A DNA stretch of 64,000 bases from an uncultured Candidatus Bathyarchaeia archaeon (lineage in GTDB: Archaea; Thermoproteota; Bathyarchaeia; 40CM-2-53-6), in assembly GCA_964601325.1 (NCBI GenBank), contig CAZRNA010000001.1:4042-68041 (forward strand). Reading direction: 5' to 3'. The first letter of the stretch is position 1. Every line of letters starts with the position of its first letter. Made by a program: the position numbers and the translations under genes. The notes under the pieces are model-generated. The model was not told where the DNA came from, did not search any database, and was given only the letters and a program-made list of their open reading frames with translations. Below, in pieces: positions 28,420 to 37,032 of this stretch.

Positions 28420-29792
28420 CTGACGTTGCTCTCGTCTATCCATACTTTCGGCCACCACGGGATGGATCTCCATTCAGATTTCCTCCTCTGGGACTTGGCT
28501 ACATCGCGTCCCACCTCAGGAATCACGGACTATCCGTGGGACTCGTTGACTGCACCTTCAAATCAGAAGATTCAGTGCTTCGCGCCGTCAGGGGTCTGAA
28601 CCCGTCGATCATTGGAGTCTACTCGATGTTTTCCATGAGCGCATCCACACTTCGCTTGGCCGGACTGTTGAAGGACGACTGCGATCTGCTCGTTGCCGGA
28701 GGCCCGCTTCCCACACTCTTCCCCGAAGACTACCTGAAGGTGTTTGACGCTGTCTGTATCGGGGAAGGAGAGGAAACGATGCTCGAACTCGCAGAAGCAC
28801 AGCTTGAACGACGAAAGCTCTCTGAGGTCAAAGGAATCTGTATCAGAACGGATCACGAGTCGAATACGACGAGCGAATCTATCATACGGACGCCTGCTCG
28901 GCCTCCAATTCATGATCTTGACTCCATTCCATTTCCCTCAAGAGATCTATTCGACAACGCGGAATACAAGGAGTATTTTAGGAGACGTTTCGGTCGTGAA
29001 GAGACTTCAATTATCACAACTCGGGGATGCCCATTTGATTGCGATTTCTGTAGCAGACCTATCTTCTCAAACCAGTTCAGAGCGAGATCCGCAGGAAATG
29101 TGGTCGATGAGCTAGAGCAGATTTCTGAACTCGGGTACGATTCTGTGTGGTTCTCCGATGATTGCTTCACACTAATCCCGAGCAGAGTTCTACATGTCTG
29201 TCGAGAGATCAAGAGCAGAGGCCTTGAACTGAAGTGGGAGTGCCTTTCAAGAGTCGACGGTTTTAGCGTTGACATGGCGAGGGAGATGAAAGCGGCTGGA
29301 TGCGAACGAGTATTCTTTGGAATCGAGTCCGGCGACGATGGAATTCTCAGGCAAATGAACAAACGAATTGATATCGATCAAGCACGCAAGGCCGTCGAGG
29401 CAGCTGCGAAGGCAGAGTTGAGGGCCGCCGCATTCTTCATCGTCGGCTATCCAGGAGAGACTGACTCAACGATACTACGGACGATTAGGTTCGCAAGTAG
29501 GCTTCCTCTCGACTACGCTTCATTCAGCCTTCCGTATCCGATTCCCGGGACCGGTCTCTATGACAAAGTCAAGGATAGACTGCGTGAACGGGATTGGCGG
29601 TATTCAAGTTGGAGACTGATCGACCATTCACTGCTGTATGACTCTGATTTCTCGGAGTTCAAACTGAAGTTCGCGATTGCCAAGGCAGCTATTCAACACC
29701 GAGTGAGGAAGCACGGCGGCAAATGGGGATACAGATTGTTCGGCACGCCCTTCGAAGCGCTTACGGACTTGGCCTTCAGGAGCCTGAGCTAG
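28416..29792 (+). CDS. Cobalamin-binding radical SAM enzyme (class B radical SAM)
   Basis: The N-terminal domain looks like a B12-binding Rossmann fold ('VALVYPYF...LGLGYIASHL...CDLLVAGGP'). Radical SAM motif 'CPFDCDFC' (CxxxCxxC). Confidence 0.75.
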   Translation: MTDVALVYPYFRPPRDGSPFRFPPLGLGYIASHLRNHGLSVGLVDCTFKSEDSVLRAVRGLNPSIIGVYSMFSMSASTLRLAGLLKDDCDLLVAGGPLPTLFPEDYLKVFDAVCIGEGEETMLELAEAQLERRKLSEVKGICIRTDHESNTTSESIIRTPARPPIHDLDSIPFPSRDLFDNAEYKEYFRRRFGREETSIITTRGCPFDCDFCSRPIFSNQFRARSAGNVVDELEQISELGYDSVWFSDDCFTLIPSRVLHVCREIKSRGLELKWECLSRVDGFSVDMAREMKAAGCERVFFGIESGDDGILRQMNKRIDIDQARKAVEAAAKAELRAAAFFIVGYPGETDSTILRTIRFASRLPLDYASFSLPYPIPGTGLYDKVKDRLRERDWRYSSWRLIDHSLLYDSDFSEFKLKFAIAKAAIQHRVRKHGGKWGYRLFGTPFEALTDLAFRSLS

Positions 29793-31087
29793 AGATCGAT
29801 TTCGATAGGCACATTCGGGTGATAGCGTCGAGGATCCGTTACTTGATTCTTCTGAGTGCGGGGATTCAACTCGCGCTCGGCGCCTTCACGGCACACCCCT
29901 ATGATGGACGAGTGTTCATGGCTGCTGGATACTTGGTGGCTCATGGCAATTCGCCCTATGTCCTCACGAGCGTTTCCAGCGTCTTTGGGAATTCACTCTT
30001 CCCCGACCCCGTTCCAGGCATCGGCTATCCTCCTCCTTGGGGCCTAGTATTGGCGTTATCCTATCTTGTCAGCTACAATATTGTCCCTAACCTGATCCTG
30101 TACAACTTCGCCATCAAGATCCCCATAGTCATCGGCAATATCCTTCTGGCTTTGCTAATCGGAAAAATGATCCTCAGCGCGACTTCTGATTCAACCAAGT
30201 CAGCAAACGCAACTCGCTTCATGCTGTTCAACCCATTTGTCATCTACACTACAGCCATCTGGGGACAATTTGATACGCTCAGTGCACTTCTGATGTTGCT
30301 CGCCATTTTCGAACTCACTCAAGGCAAGCGGCGTCTTTCAGCCTTGGCCTTGGGAGGAGCTATTGCATTCAAGTTGATCCCTGTTGTCCTGCTTCCTCTT
30401 CTGATCTTGCACGTAAGAAAACGCGAAAACTGGTTCCGTGCGTTCGAGTATTTTGCGTTCGTCGCTGCCGTTGTTGGGCTCTCATTTTTCCCGTTCTTGA
30501 TCGGTTGGAGTCCCCAACCCATCATCGATAACTGGAACATCCATTTTGTCCGAATCGGGGCGTTCTCGCCGATGAACGTATTACTTCTCCTTGGATTAGC
30601 CGGCGCCACAAATGGATTCAGCTTCCTGGGATTCCTCTGGTTGCCCTCTCTAGCGTTGGTCTACTTCATTCTCATTAGAAGAGGGACCATCAGATCCACG
30701 GACCTTGTGCTTCCAGCTCTCGCCGTGATGTTGGGAGTCTTTCTCACCAGATCATGGGTATCTGAACAGAACCTGAACTTTGTCGTTCCCCTTGTTCTCT
30801 TATCCTCCGTTAGGCAGGGCTGGTCTAAGAAGTGGGTTTCATCTACGTGGTTGCTCCCGCTGATATTCGCAGTGGTCCATACTTCGCCCACGAGCATGCT
30901 CTTCCTAACAGCGCCTCAGCCACTCATAGAACATACCCAACTCCAGCTGCAGCTCTTCTTCACGTCAGAGTTGGGCAGCGTAATACGAGCTTCGATAACG
31001 CTTGTGTGGCTCGCCGTGGGCCTTTCGCTCCTCCGAAAGTCGGTTCATTCCACCGGTCCCTCTCTTTCTGAAAGAATACCACAATAG
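29723..31087 (+). CDS. GT-C fold polyprenyl-phosphate-sugar-dependent membrane glycosyltransferase (DUF2029 / GT87-like)
   Basis: About 12 TM helices with a DUF2029-like N-terminal region. The start is uncertain because the ORF overlaps the radical SAM end by 70 nt. Confidence 0.5.
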   Translation: MGIQIVRHALRSAYGLGLQEPELEIDFDRHIRVIASRIRYLILLSAGIQLALGAFTAHPYDGRVFMAAGYLVAHGNSPYVLTSVSSVFGNSLFPDPVPGIGYPPPWGLVLALSYLVSYNIVPNLILYNFAIKIPIVIGNILLALLIGKMILSATSDSTKSANATRFMLFNPFVIYTTAIWGQFDTLSALLMLLAIFELTQGKRRLSALALGGAIAFKLIPVVLLPLLILHVRKRENWFRAFEYFAFVAAVVGLSFFPFLIGWSPQPIIDNWNIHFVRIGAFSPMNVLLLLGLAGATNGFSFLGFLWLPSLALVYFILIRRGTIRSTDLVLPALAVMLGVFLTRSWVSEQNLNFVVPLVLLSSVRQGWSKKWVSSTWLLPLIFAVVHTSPTSMLFLTAPQPLIEHTQLQLQLFFTSELGSVIRASITLVWLAVGLSLLRKSVHSTGPSLSERIPQ

Positions 31088-31196
31088 ATGTTCAGAATAG
31101 CCCTTCATGAAAGCGCTGCATCCTTGACGAACTTACGAATGAAAGCTTCCCTGTGAAATAGGTTCACGTTCAAACTGGTTCCCTGTTTAAGCTCGT

Positions 31197-31730
31197 GTGC
31201 CTCGTTTGAACGACATGTTGCTTGGAGGATCTGGAATGAACGCGAAATCTATGGTAGTTGTCGCGACGCTTCTTGCTATGGTAATCTTGGCTTACAACGC
31301 AAGCGCCTATGCATGGAACTCTTCTCCTCAGATAACGAATTCTCTTGACGGTTCTGGGAACACAGTTCTCACTATCCAATTCGATTTCTCGCAAATGTCG
31401 GATCCGCCCACGGCGAGTCACCACCCGACTGACTTCCAGGTTCGCACCTCTACAGACGGATCTTCATGGACCGAGCAGGCTGTCGTCCACATCACATCGA
31501 TACCGGCAACAACCGTATTCACCGTGACCTATTCTCTCGGGAAAGTCACAGGCGATCTTCAAGCCCAAGCAAGACTCAATTGTAACGTCCATGGATGGAG
31601 TAACTGGGGACCGGACCCGGCAGTCCCTGTTCCGGAATTTCCCTTCGGAATGGTCACTGTGACCTCACTGTTGCTCCTGGTGGGAAGCCTCCTACTGGTC
31701 CGCAGGGAACGCCCAGCGTATTCGTCCTAA
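31197..31730 (+). CDS. Secreted protein with signal peptide and PEF-CTERM-like C-terminal sorting signal
   Basis: N-terminus 'MNAKSMVVVATLLAMVILAYNASAYA'. C-terminus 'PVPEFPFGMVTVTSLLLLVGSLLLVRRERP' has a PEF tripeptide, then a TM helix, then an Arg-rich tail. Confidence 0.45.
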   Translation: MPRLNDMLLGGSGMNAKSMVVVATLLAMVILAYNASAYAWNSSPQITNSLDGSGNTVLTIQFDFSQMSDPPTASHHPTDFQVRTSTDGSSWTEQAVVHITSIPATTVFTVTYSLGKVTGDLQAQARLNCNVHGWSNWGPDPAVPVPEFPFGMVTVTSLLLLVGSLLLVRRERPAYSS

Positions 31731-31829
31731 GCATTGAAATCGAAGGGACCTGCAAGGATCCATTCTTGTTTCTTTGTCTGCCACCACGTTCAACTTCGTT
31801 ATTGGTTGCGCGATAGGCAGCTCGTTATG

Positions 31830-32711
31830 CTAGGCGCTCTGCTCTCTTAGTCTCTTTTCGGCTAACCGGCAGTAGTCTCGATTAATTTCCACGCCTATTC
31901 CAATTCTATTGGTCTGCAGGCATGCAATCAGTGTGGTTCCGCTACCGAGGAATGGGTCCAAGACGACGTCTCCTTTGTAGCTGAACAGTTTGATGCATCG
32001 TTTCGGCAGTTCGATGGGGAACGGTGCCGGGTGCCCAATCTTGGTTTTGCTTTCGCCGCTGAAGTTCCACACACCATTCGTCCATTGGATGAACTCATCG
32101 CGTGTGACATCTGATTCTCCTTTCCGCATCTTCTCCCACCTAGCTTTGTACATGACCAATATGGTCTCAACTGGCGCGATCACATAGGGTGCGGAAGCGC
32201 TCATCCACGATCCCCATGCTGTGCGTCTAGAGATGTTTTGCTCATTCCAGACGATTGTTGAGTGATACTTCCATCCAACTTCCTTCGCGATGGTCGTGAT
32301 GTCGGCGCACACGCTCTGCTGACCACCCTTGTTCTTGTCTAGCGGGATATTCAGGCACAGGCGCCCGTCAGGTCTGGCCAAGCCTAGAATCTTCGACAGC
32401 CACTTCCTGGTGAAATCGAGATACTGATCATACGGCAGATTGTCGTCATAGCCCCGGTACTTGATGTTGATGTCGTATGGAGGCGATGTCACGATGAGGT
32501 CTATACTCTCGTCTTGTATCGCATCGATCTCCAAGATGTCCGTATTGTAGATGCGTAGCGAGCTTGCCTCTGAGAACGGTTTCGTAGCTTTTTCAGGCGC
32601 CATTTGCTTCAGGCTTCTTCGAGCGATCCATCTGTTCACTGACGGCTTTACTCGTGGCAATGTCAAGGTATAAGAGTTTGACAAGGACTCCGGGGCGTTC
32701 ATACACTTCAA
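31830..32711 (-). CDS. Beta-class DNA methyltransferase (N4-cytosine or N6-adenine), apparently orphan
   Basis: 'IVTSPPYDINIKY' (motif IV, SPPY) precedes 'LDPFLGSGTT' (motif I, FxGxG), the beta-class order. No restriction endonuclease candidate is adjacent. Confidence 0.75.
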   Translation of the reverse strand: MKCMNAPESLSNSYTLTLPRVKPSVNRWIARRSLKQMAPEKATKPFSEASSLRIYNTDILEIDAIQDESIDLIVTSPPYDINIKYRGYDDNLPYDQYLDFTRKWLSKILGLARPDGRLCLNIPLDKNKGGQQSVCADITTIAKEVGWKYHSTIVWNEQNISRRTAWGSWMSASAPYVIAPVETILVMYKARWEKMRKGESDVTRDEFIQWTNGVWNFSGESKTKIGHPAPFPIELPKRCIKLFSYKGDVVLDPFLGSGTTLIACLQTNRIGIGVEINRDYCRLAEKRLREQSA

Positions 32712-32723
32712 GTAAGGTCTCTA

Positions 32724-33605
32724 ATGCCCATGCACTCTCACGCTTCCACCACCAAAGCGTTAGTGGTAGCCGTGGGCATAACCGCCTGTTTCTTTGTCAT
32801 TGAATTGGTCGGGGGAATTCTAACAAACAGCTTGGCTCTCCAAACTGACGCATTTCACATGCTGACCGACGTTGTGGCTCTTGCGTATGCCTTGGTTGCC
32901 GTTCGGCTTGCACAACGACCAGTAAGTTTGAGGAGAACCTACGGATATTATCGTGTCGAGATTCTTTCAGCGTTCTTGAACGGCATATTGCTTTGGGCCG
33001 TTGTGATATTCGTGTTCTACGAGGCCATCCAACGAATCCAATATCCGTCAGATGTCCAAAGCCTGAATATGCTGATTATCGCGGTTCTCGGACTCGTAGC
33101 GAACGGCCTAGTTGCAGCAACTCTCTCACGATCTAGAAATGCGAGCCTGAATCTCAAGGGCGCGTTCTTACATGTGATGGCTGATGCCTTGGGCTCGGTA
33201 GGGGCTATTTCTGCTGGGATAATTATGTTCTTCACTGGCTGGTACCAGGCCGACCCCATAGCTAGCATCATGATTGGCGTGCTGGTCTTCTACAGTTCCG
33301 GAAAACTGGTTCGCGACTCTGTGAACGTCCTCCTCGAAGGAGTCCCCAGCCATATCGACGTGTCCGCAGTTGAGCGCAGGATACTCGGGATGAAGGGCGT
33401 GAAGAACATCCACGATCTCCACGTATGGTCCATAGCCGACACCAAGATGTGCTGCATGAGCAGCCACGTGGTTGTGGAAGATGACACAAACGGCAAGGAC
33501 TTGGTCACGAAGCTCATTCACATTCTCAAGGAAGAGTTCGGAATCGATCACACAACTTTTCAGCTGGAAGACGAGAACTATCCGAAGGCTGCTGGCGAAC
33601 ACTAG
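32724..33605 (+). CDS. Cation diffusion facilitator family metal efflux transporter (CzcD-like)
   Basis: 'SLALQTDAFHMLTDVVAL' carries the H/D metal-site residues in TM2, and 'FLHVMADALGSVGA' the corresponding residues in TM5. Six TM helices plus a C-terminal cytoplasmic domain. Confidence 0.8.
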   Translation: MPMHSHASTTKALVVAVGITACFFVIELVGGILTNSLALQTDAFHMLTDVVALAYALVAVRLAQRPVSLRRTYGYYRVEILSAFLNGILLWAVVIFVFYEAIQRIQYPSDVQSLNMLIIAVLGLVANGLVAATLSRSRNASLNLKGAFLHVMADALGSVGAISAGIIMFFTGWYQADPIASIMIGVLVFYSSGKLVRDSVNVLLEGVPSHIDVSAVERRILGMKGVKNIHDLHVWSIADTKMCCMSSHVVVEDDTNGKDLVTKLIHILKEEFGIDHTTFQLEDENYPKAAGEH

Positions 33606-33674
33606 AAGAATTGAGAACGCCCAAAACCTTAACGCCGCCCCTCAAGTAGGTCTGGAATAAGGAGGGAAACTGGC

Positions 33675-34646
33675 ATGCCTGAAAGCGCGATTAGAACACG
33701 CGGCCTCACAAAAGTCTTCGGAAAATTCACTGCTGTAGACGGCTTGAACTTGGATGTCAAACAGGGTGAATTGTTTGGCCTGCTTGGTCCAAACGGTGCC
33801 GGGAAGACTACTACCGTTCGCATGCTCTGTACCCTTATCGAACCGACAAGCGGCACGGCGACCGTTGCCGGTTACGACCTCGCAAGGGAGGCCGCCAAAG
33901 TCAGACGTGAGATCGGCGTTGTCTCGGAGGGTGTCATGCTCTACAAGGAGCTGACTATTGAGGAGAATCTGAGATTTCTCAGCAGACTGTACAACCTCCC
34001 TAGCGGAGAAGCAGAGAACAGGATAGCGCACTTGCTCGAGATGTTCAGGTTCGAAGACAAAGCAAAACGAATGGTGAAGGCCCTCTCGTCAGGTTGGACC
34101 AAGAAAGCACTGATTTGTGCAGCCCTCCTTCACAATCCGAAGATACTCTTCCTTGATGAAGTGACCTCTGGCCTAGATCCGCAGTCGGCAGCAGCCCTTC
34201 AAGACTTCACTAAGAGCCTTTGCAAGGAAGGTGTCACAGTCATCTGGACAACTCACTACATGACGGAGCCCGAGAAGATCTGCGACCGCGTGGGAATCGT
34301 GTTTGCGGGGAGACTGATCCAGGTAGGCTCGCCCAGTGATCTGAAGCGCAAGGTAAGCGAGCTCTCCGTCATGGAGGTTGAGACGCCAGGATTGTCAACA
34401 CAACAGCTGGAGAAGATCAAGAACATAGAAGACGTAGCCAACATCTCTTACAGTGATCCGGTCCTCAGAATCACGTGCGTGCATGATCACGCACTTGCAG
34501 AAAACGTAACGAGAATCCTTCTGTCCGAAGGTGCCAAGATCAGATCGATCAACACGAAAGGACCGACACTGGAAGAAGCTTTCATCAAACTGACTGGTGG
34601 CGAAGAAGAGATCGACCGCTTCCTCGAGAAAGGCCGGACAGAATAG
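33675..34646 (+). CDS. ABC transporter ATP-binding protein (ABC-2 / DrrA-like exporter ATPase)
   Basis: Walker A 'GPNGAGKTT', signature 'LSSGWTKKA', Walker B 'ILFLDEVTSGLD' and an H-loop. Confidence 0.85.
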   Translation: MPESAIRTRGLTKVFGKFTAVDGLNLDVKQGELFGLLGPNGAGKTTTVRMLCTLIEPTSGTATVAGYDLAREAAKVRREIGVVSEGVMLYKELTIEENLRFLSRLYNLPSGEAENRIAHLLEMFRFEDKAKRMVKALSSGWTKKALICAALLHNPKILFLDEVTSGLDPQSAAALQDFTKSLCKEGVTVIWTTHYMTEPEKICDRVGIVFAGRLIQVGSPSDLKRKVSELSVMEVETPGLSTQQLEKIKNIEDVANISYSDPVLRITCVHDHALAENVTRILLSEGAKIRSINTKGPTLEEAFIKLTGGEEEIDRFLEKGRTE

Positions 34647-34692
34647 ACGCAACAAGCGAGCGAAGCCAAATCACACAGACGTGGATGCATTA

Positions 34693-35846
34693 ATGTCTAC
34701 TAGGACGTTCCTCGGCGATCTCTTGGCAGTCATGACCAACGAATTTCGCCTTTTGAGGCGTAATCGTTCCGCGATCATAATCTCCCTTGTCATTCTGCCG
34801 ATCTTCTTCACAATATCTCTTGGAGGAGCTAGTGGCGGGGCGGGTGAGCACTTCACACCGACAGCACATATAGCCATCGCCTACGTTGATAATGATCTGA
34901 CGATTGCTTCAGGTCGCCTCTTCGCGACGCTTTCAAGCTCGGGGAATTTCAACAATCTAGTTCAAGGTTACAGCGAAGAGAGCGCCATTAGAACACTAGG
35001 AACCGGAAAGATCTACGCAGCAATCATAGTACCCAAGGGCTTTGAAGGTAACCTTGCAAAGGACAAGCAAGTCACCTTGGTAGTCTACGTGGATGACAGC
35101 ATAAACGAGCTAGGAGGCCAAGTCGTCTCAAGCCTACAGACCAGCCTGCAGAACTTCAGCCCGCGTGCTGAGGTAGGACCCCTTCTCAGCAAGGGTGCGT
35201 CACAAGTCGAGATTATTCAGAAAGGAGCCAAGTTCTCGAGTTTCAACATAGGCCTGACGATCATTCTAGCTTTGGTCATAATATTCGCAACATTCTACGA
35301 AATCGCGGGGGGCATGTCACGCGAGAGCGAGGAGGGAACCTATGTGGCCTGCTCATGAGCCCTATCAGTCTTGGAGCTGTAATGCTTGGAAAGACAACGT
35401 ATGATGTGGCTCTCAACATAGCACGTACGCTCATAGTTTTCGCACTCGCCTTCTACGCTTACGGAGCGAGGCCGAGTACCGACTTCGCTACAATCTTAGC
35501 GATCTCACTCCTCATAGCTTTGCTGACGATGGGGTTTGGATTCTTGATTTCTGCGATTGGAATAGGGGTGAGAGCGGTCATCATCATCGAGTTTTTCCTC
35601 GTGTTGTTCCTTTTCGCGTTCAGCGGGTTCATTATCGATAGAGAACTGCTGAGAGGGATATCAAGCACAATCTCGTACCTGCTGCCATGGGCGTATGGCA
35701 TCGAGATATTGAAGCGTACCATACTCATTGGACAACCTCTGCTTACCCTGGCGACCCCGCTCGGATTCATCATAGTATCGATCGTGACGTTCTACGGCAT
35801 TGCCTACGTTCTTCTGAGGTTGTCGCGAGAGAGGCTTGTCACATGA
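34693..35846 (+). pseudogene. ABC-2 family permease split into two ORFs (34597..35358 and 35355..35846) by an apparent -1 frameshift near 35340
   Basis: The conserved TM2-TM3 linker motif 'IAGExExGTLExLLxSP' is read as 'IAGGMSRESEEGT' in frame 1 and continues as 'LCGLLMSPIS' in frame -1. The two halves together make about 416 aa with 6 TM helices. Confidence 0.45.
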
Positions 35847-36955
35847 ATCGTTTCGCTCGCGACACGACAACTGTCACTCTCAAGGAACTGAAACAGCTCC
35901 TGCGCGATCCGCTTTCCTTGGCTCTGACGATAATGTTCCCGATATTCTTGATCCAAATCTTTGTTGTCATAGTCACAGCATTCGGTGCCCCTAGCTACAA
36001 CGTGGCTGTGGTCGTTTCAGATCTTGATGGCTCACCCATGTCGAAGAGTCTGGTAGACAAACTGGCCAACTCACGTTTGATCAAGGTGACACAATTCGTT
36101 CAAACAGAAGAACAGGCTTTGCATTCCGTCGAATCAGGAGCGGCGACAGGAGCAGTAATCATTCCAAAGGGCTTCGGCGACGCACTACTCAATAATCGGC
36201 AGGCCTTCGTTGTTCTTCAGACTGACAACTCGAAGATCACATCTTCTTCCTTGGTTCAGAGCGCCGTAAGCGAGAGCACGCAGAGCCTTCTGGAGCTGGT
36301 GAGCGCCCGCCTCGGCGCAACGCCTGTGGAGGTGATACTGAGGCCCATCTCGGGTCGTCCTCCATCAGGAGATTTTATTCTGCCGGGCATGCTGGGTATG
36401 ATTACGATACTCGGCGCCTTCGACGATATTGTGAACGCCATAACAAGGGAACGCGAACGCGGCACATTTCCACGCCTCGTTCTTACGCCCACGAGTATTC
36501 TATCAATCTATAGCGGAAAGATATCTGCGACAGTTGTCCTTAACGCAATCCGAACAACTCTCATGATCGTAATCTTTGTGCTGACTGGCTTGGTAATAAG
36601 GGGGAATGTGCTCTTGGTCTATTTGACGACTACTCTGATCGCGGTATTCACCATGTCGTTGGGCTTGTTGCTTTCCACAAAGGTTCATAGTTCAGCAACA
36701 CTGACGATCCTCGAAATCGCCATCACGTTTCCGCTTTTCCAGCTTGCAGGCGCGATACAGGCCCCGGAGTCATTGGCGTCAGGAGGAAGAGCGATTGCGG
36801 CAATGTTGCCGTGGACATACGGGAACGACGCCCTAAGACGTGTCATCTACCTTGGAGTTGGGTTCGACGCGTTAGCTGTCGACTTCGTGGTTCTCTTGTT
36901 GAGCAGCCTTGTCTTGTTGCCAATTGCAACCCTGCTGTCAAAACGCACCATGTAG
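35843..36955 (+). CDS. ABC-2 family permease (second membrane subunit)
   Basis: An ATGA start overlaps the previous stop. N-terminus 'LKELKQLLRDPLSLALTIMFP', a large extracytoplasmic loop, then five C-terminal TM helices. Confidence 0.65.
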   Translation: MNRFARDTTTVTLKELKQLLRDPLSLALTIMFPIFLIQIFVVIVTAFGAPSYNVAVVVSDLDGSPMSKSLVDKLANSRLIKVTQFVQTEEQALHSVESGAATGAVIIPKGFGDALLNNRQAFVVLQTDNSKITSSSLVQSAVSESTQSLLELVSARLGATPVEVILRPISGRPPSGDFILPGMLGMITILGAFDDIVNAITRERERGTFPRLVLTPTSILSIYSGKISATVVLNAIRTTLMIVIFVLTGLVIRGNVLLVYLTTTLIAVFTMSLGLLLSTKVHSSATLTILEIAITFPLFQLAGAIQAPESLASGGRAIAAMLPWTYGNDALRRVIYLGVGFDALAVDFVVLLLSSLVLLPIATLLSKRTM

Positions 36956-37032
36956 AATCCAGAGGCCAGCACTGGCAGGAGAATTGATATACACGGACTC
37001 GAAGGCTGAATGCAAGCCATGCTGGAGATGAT

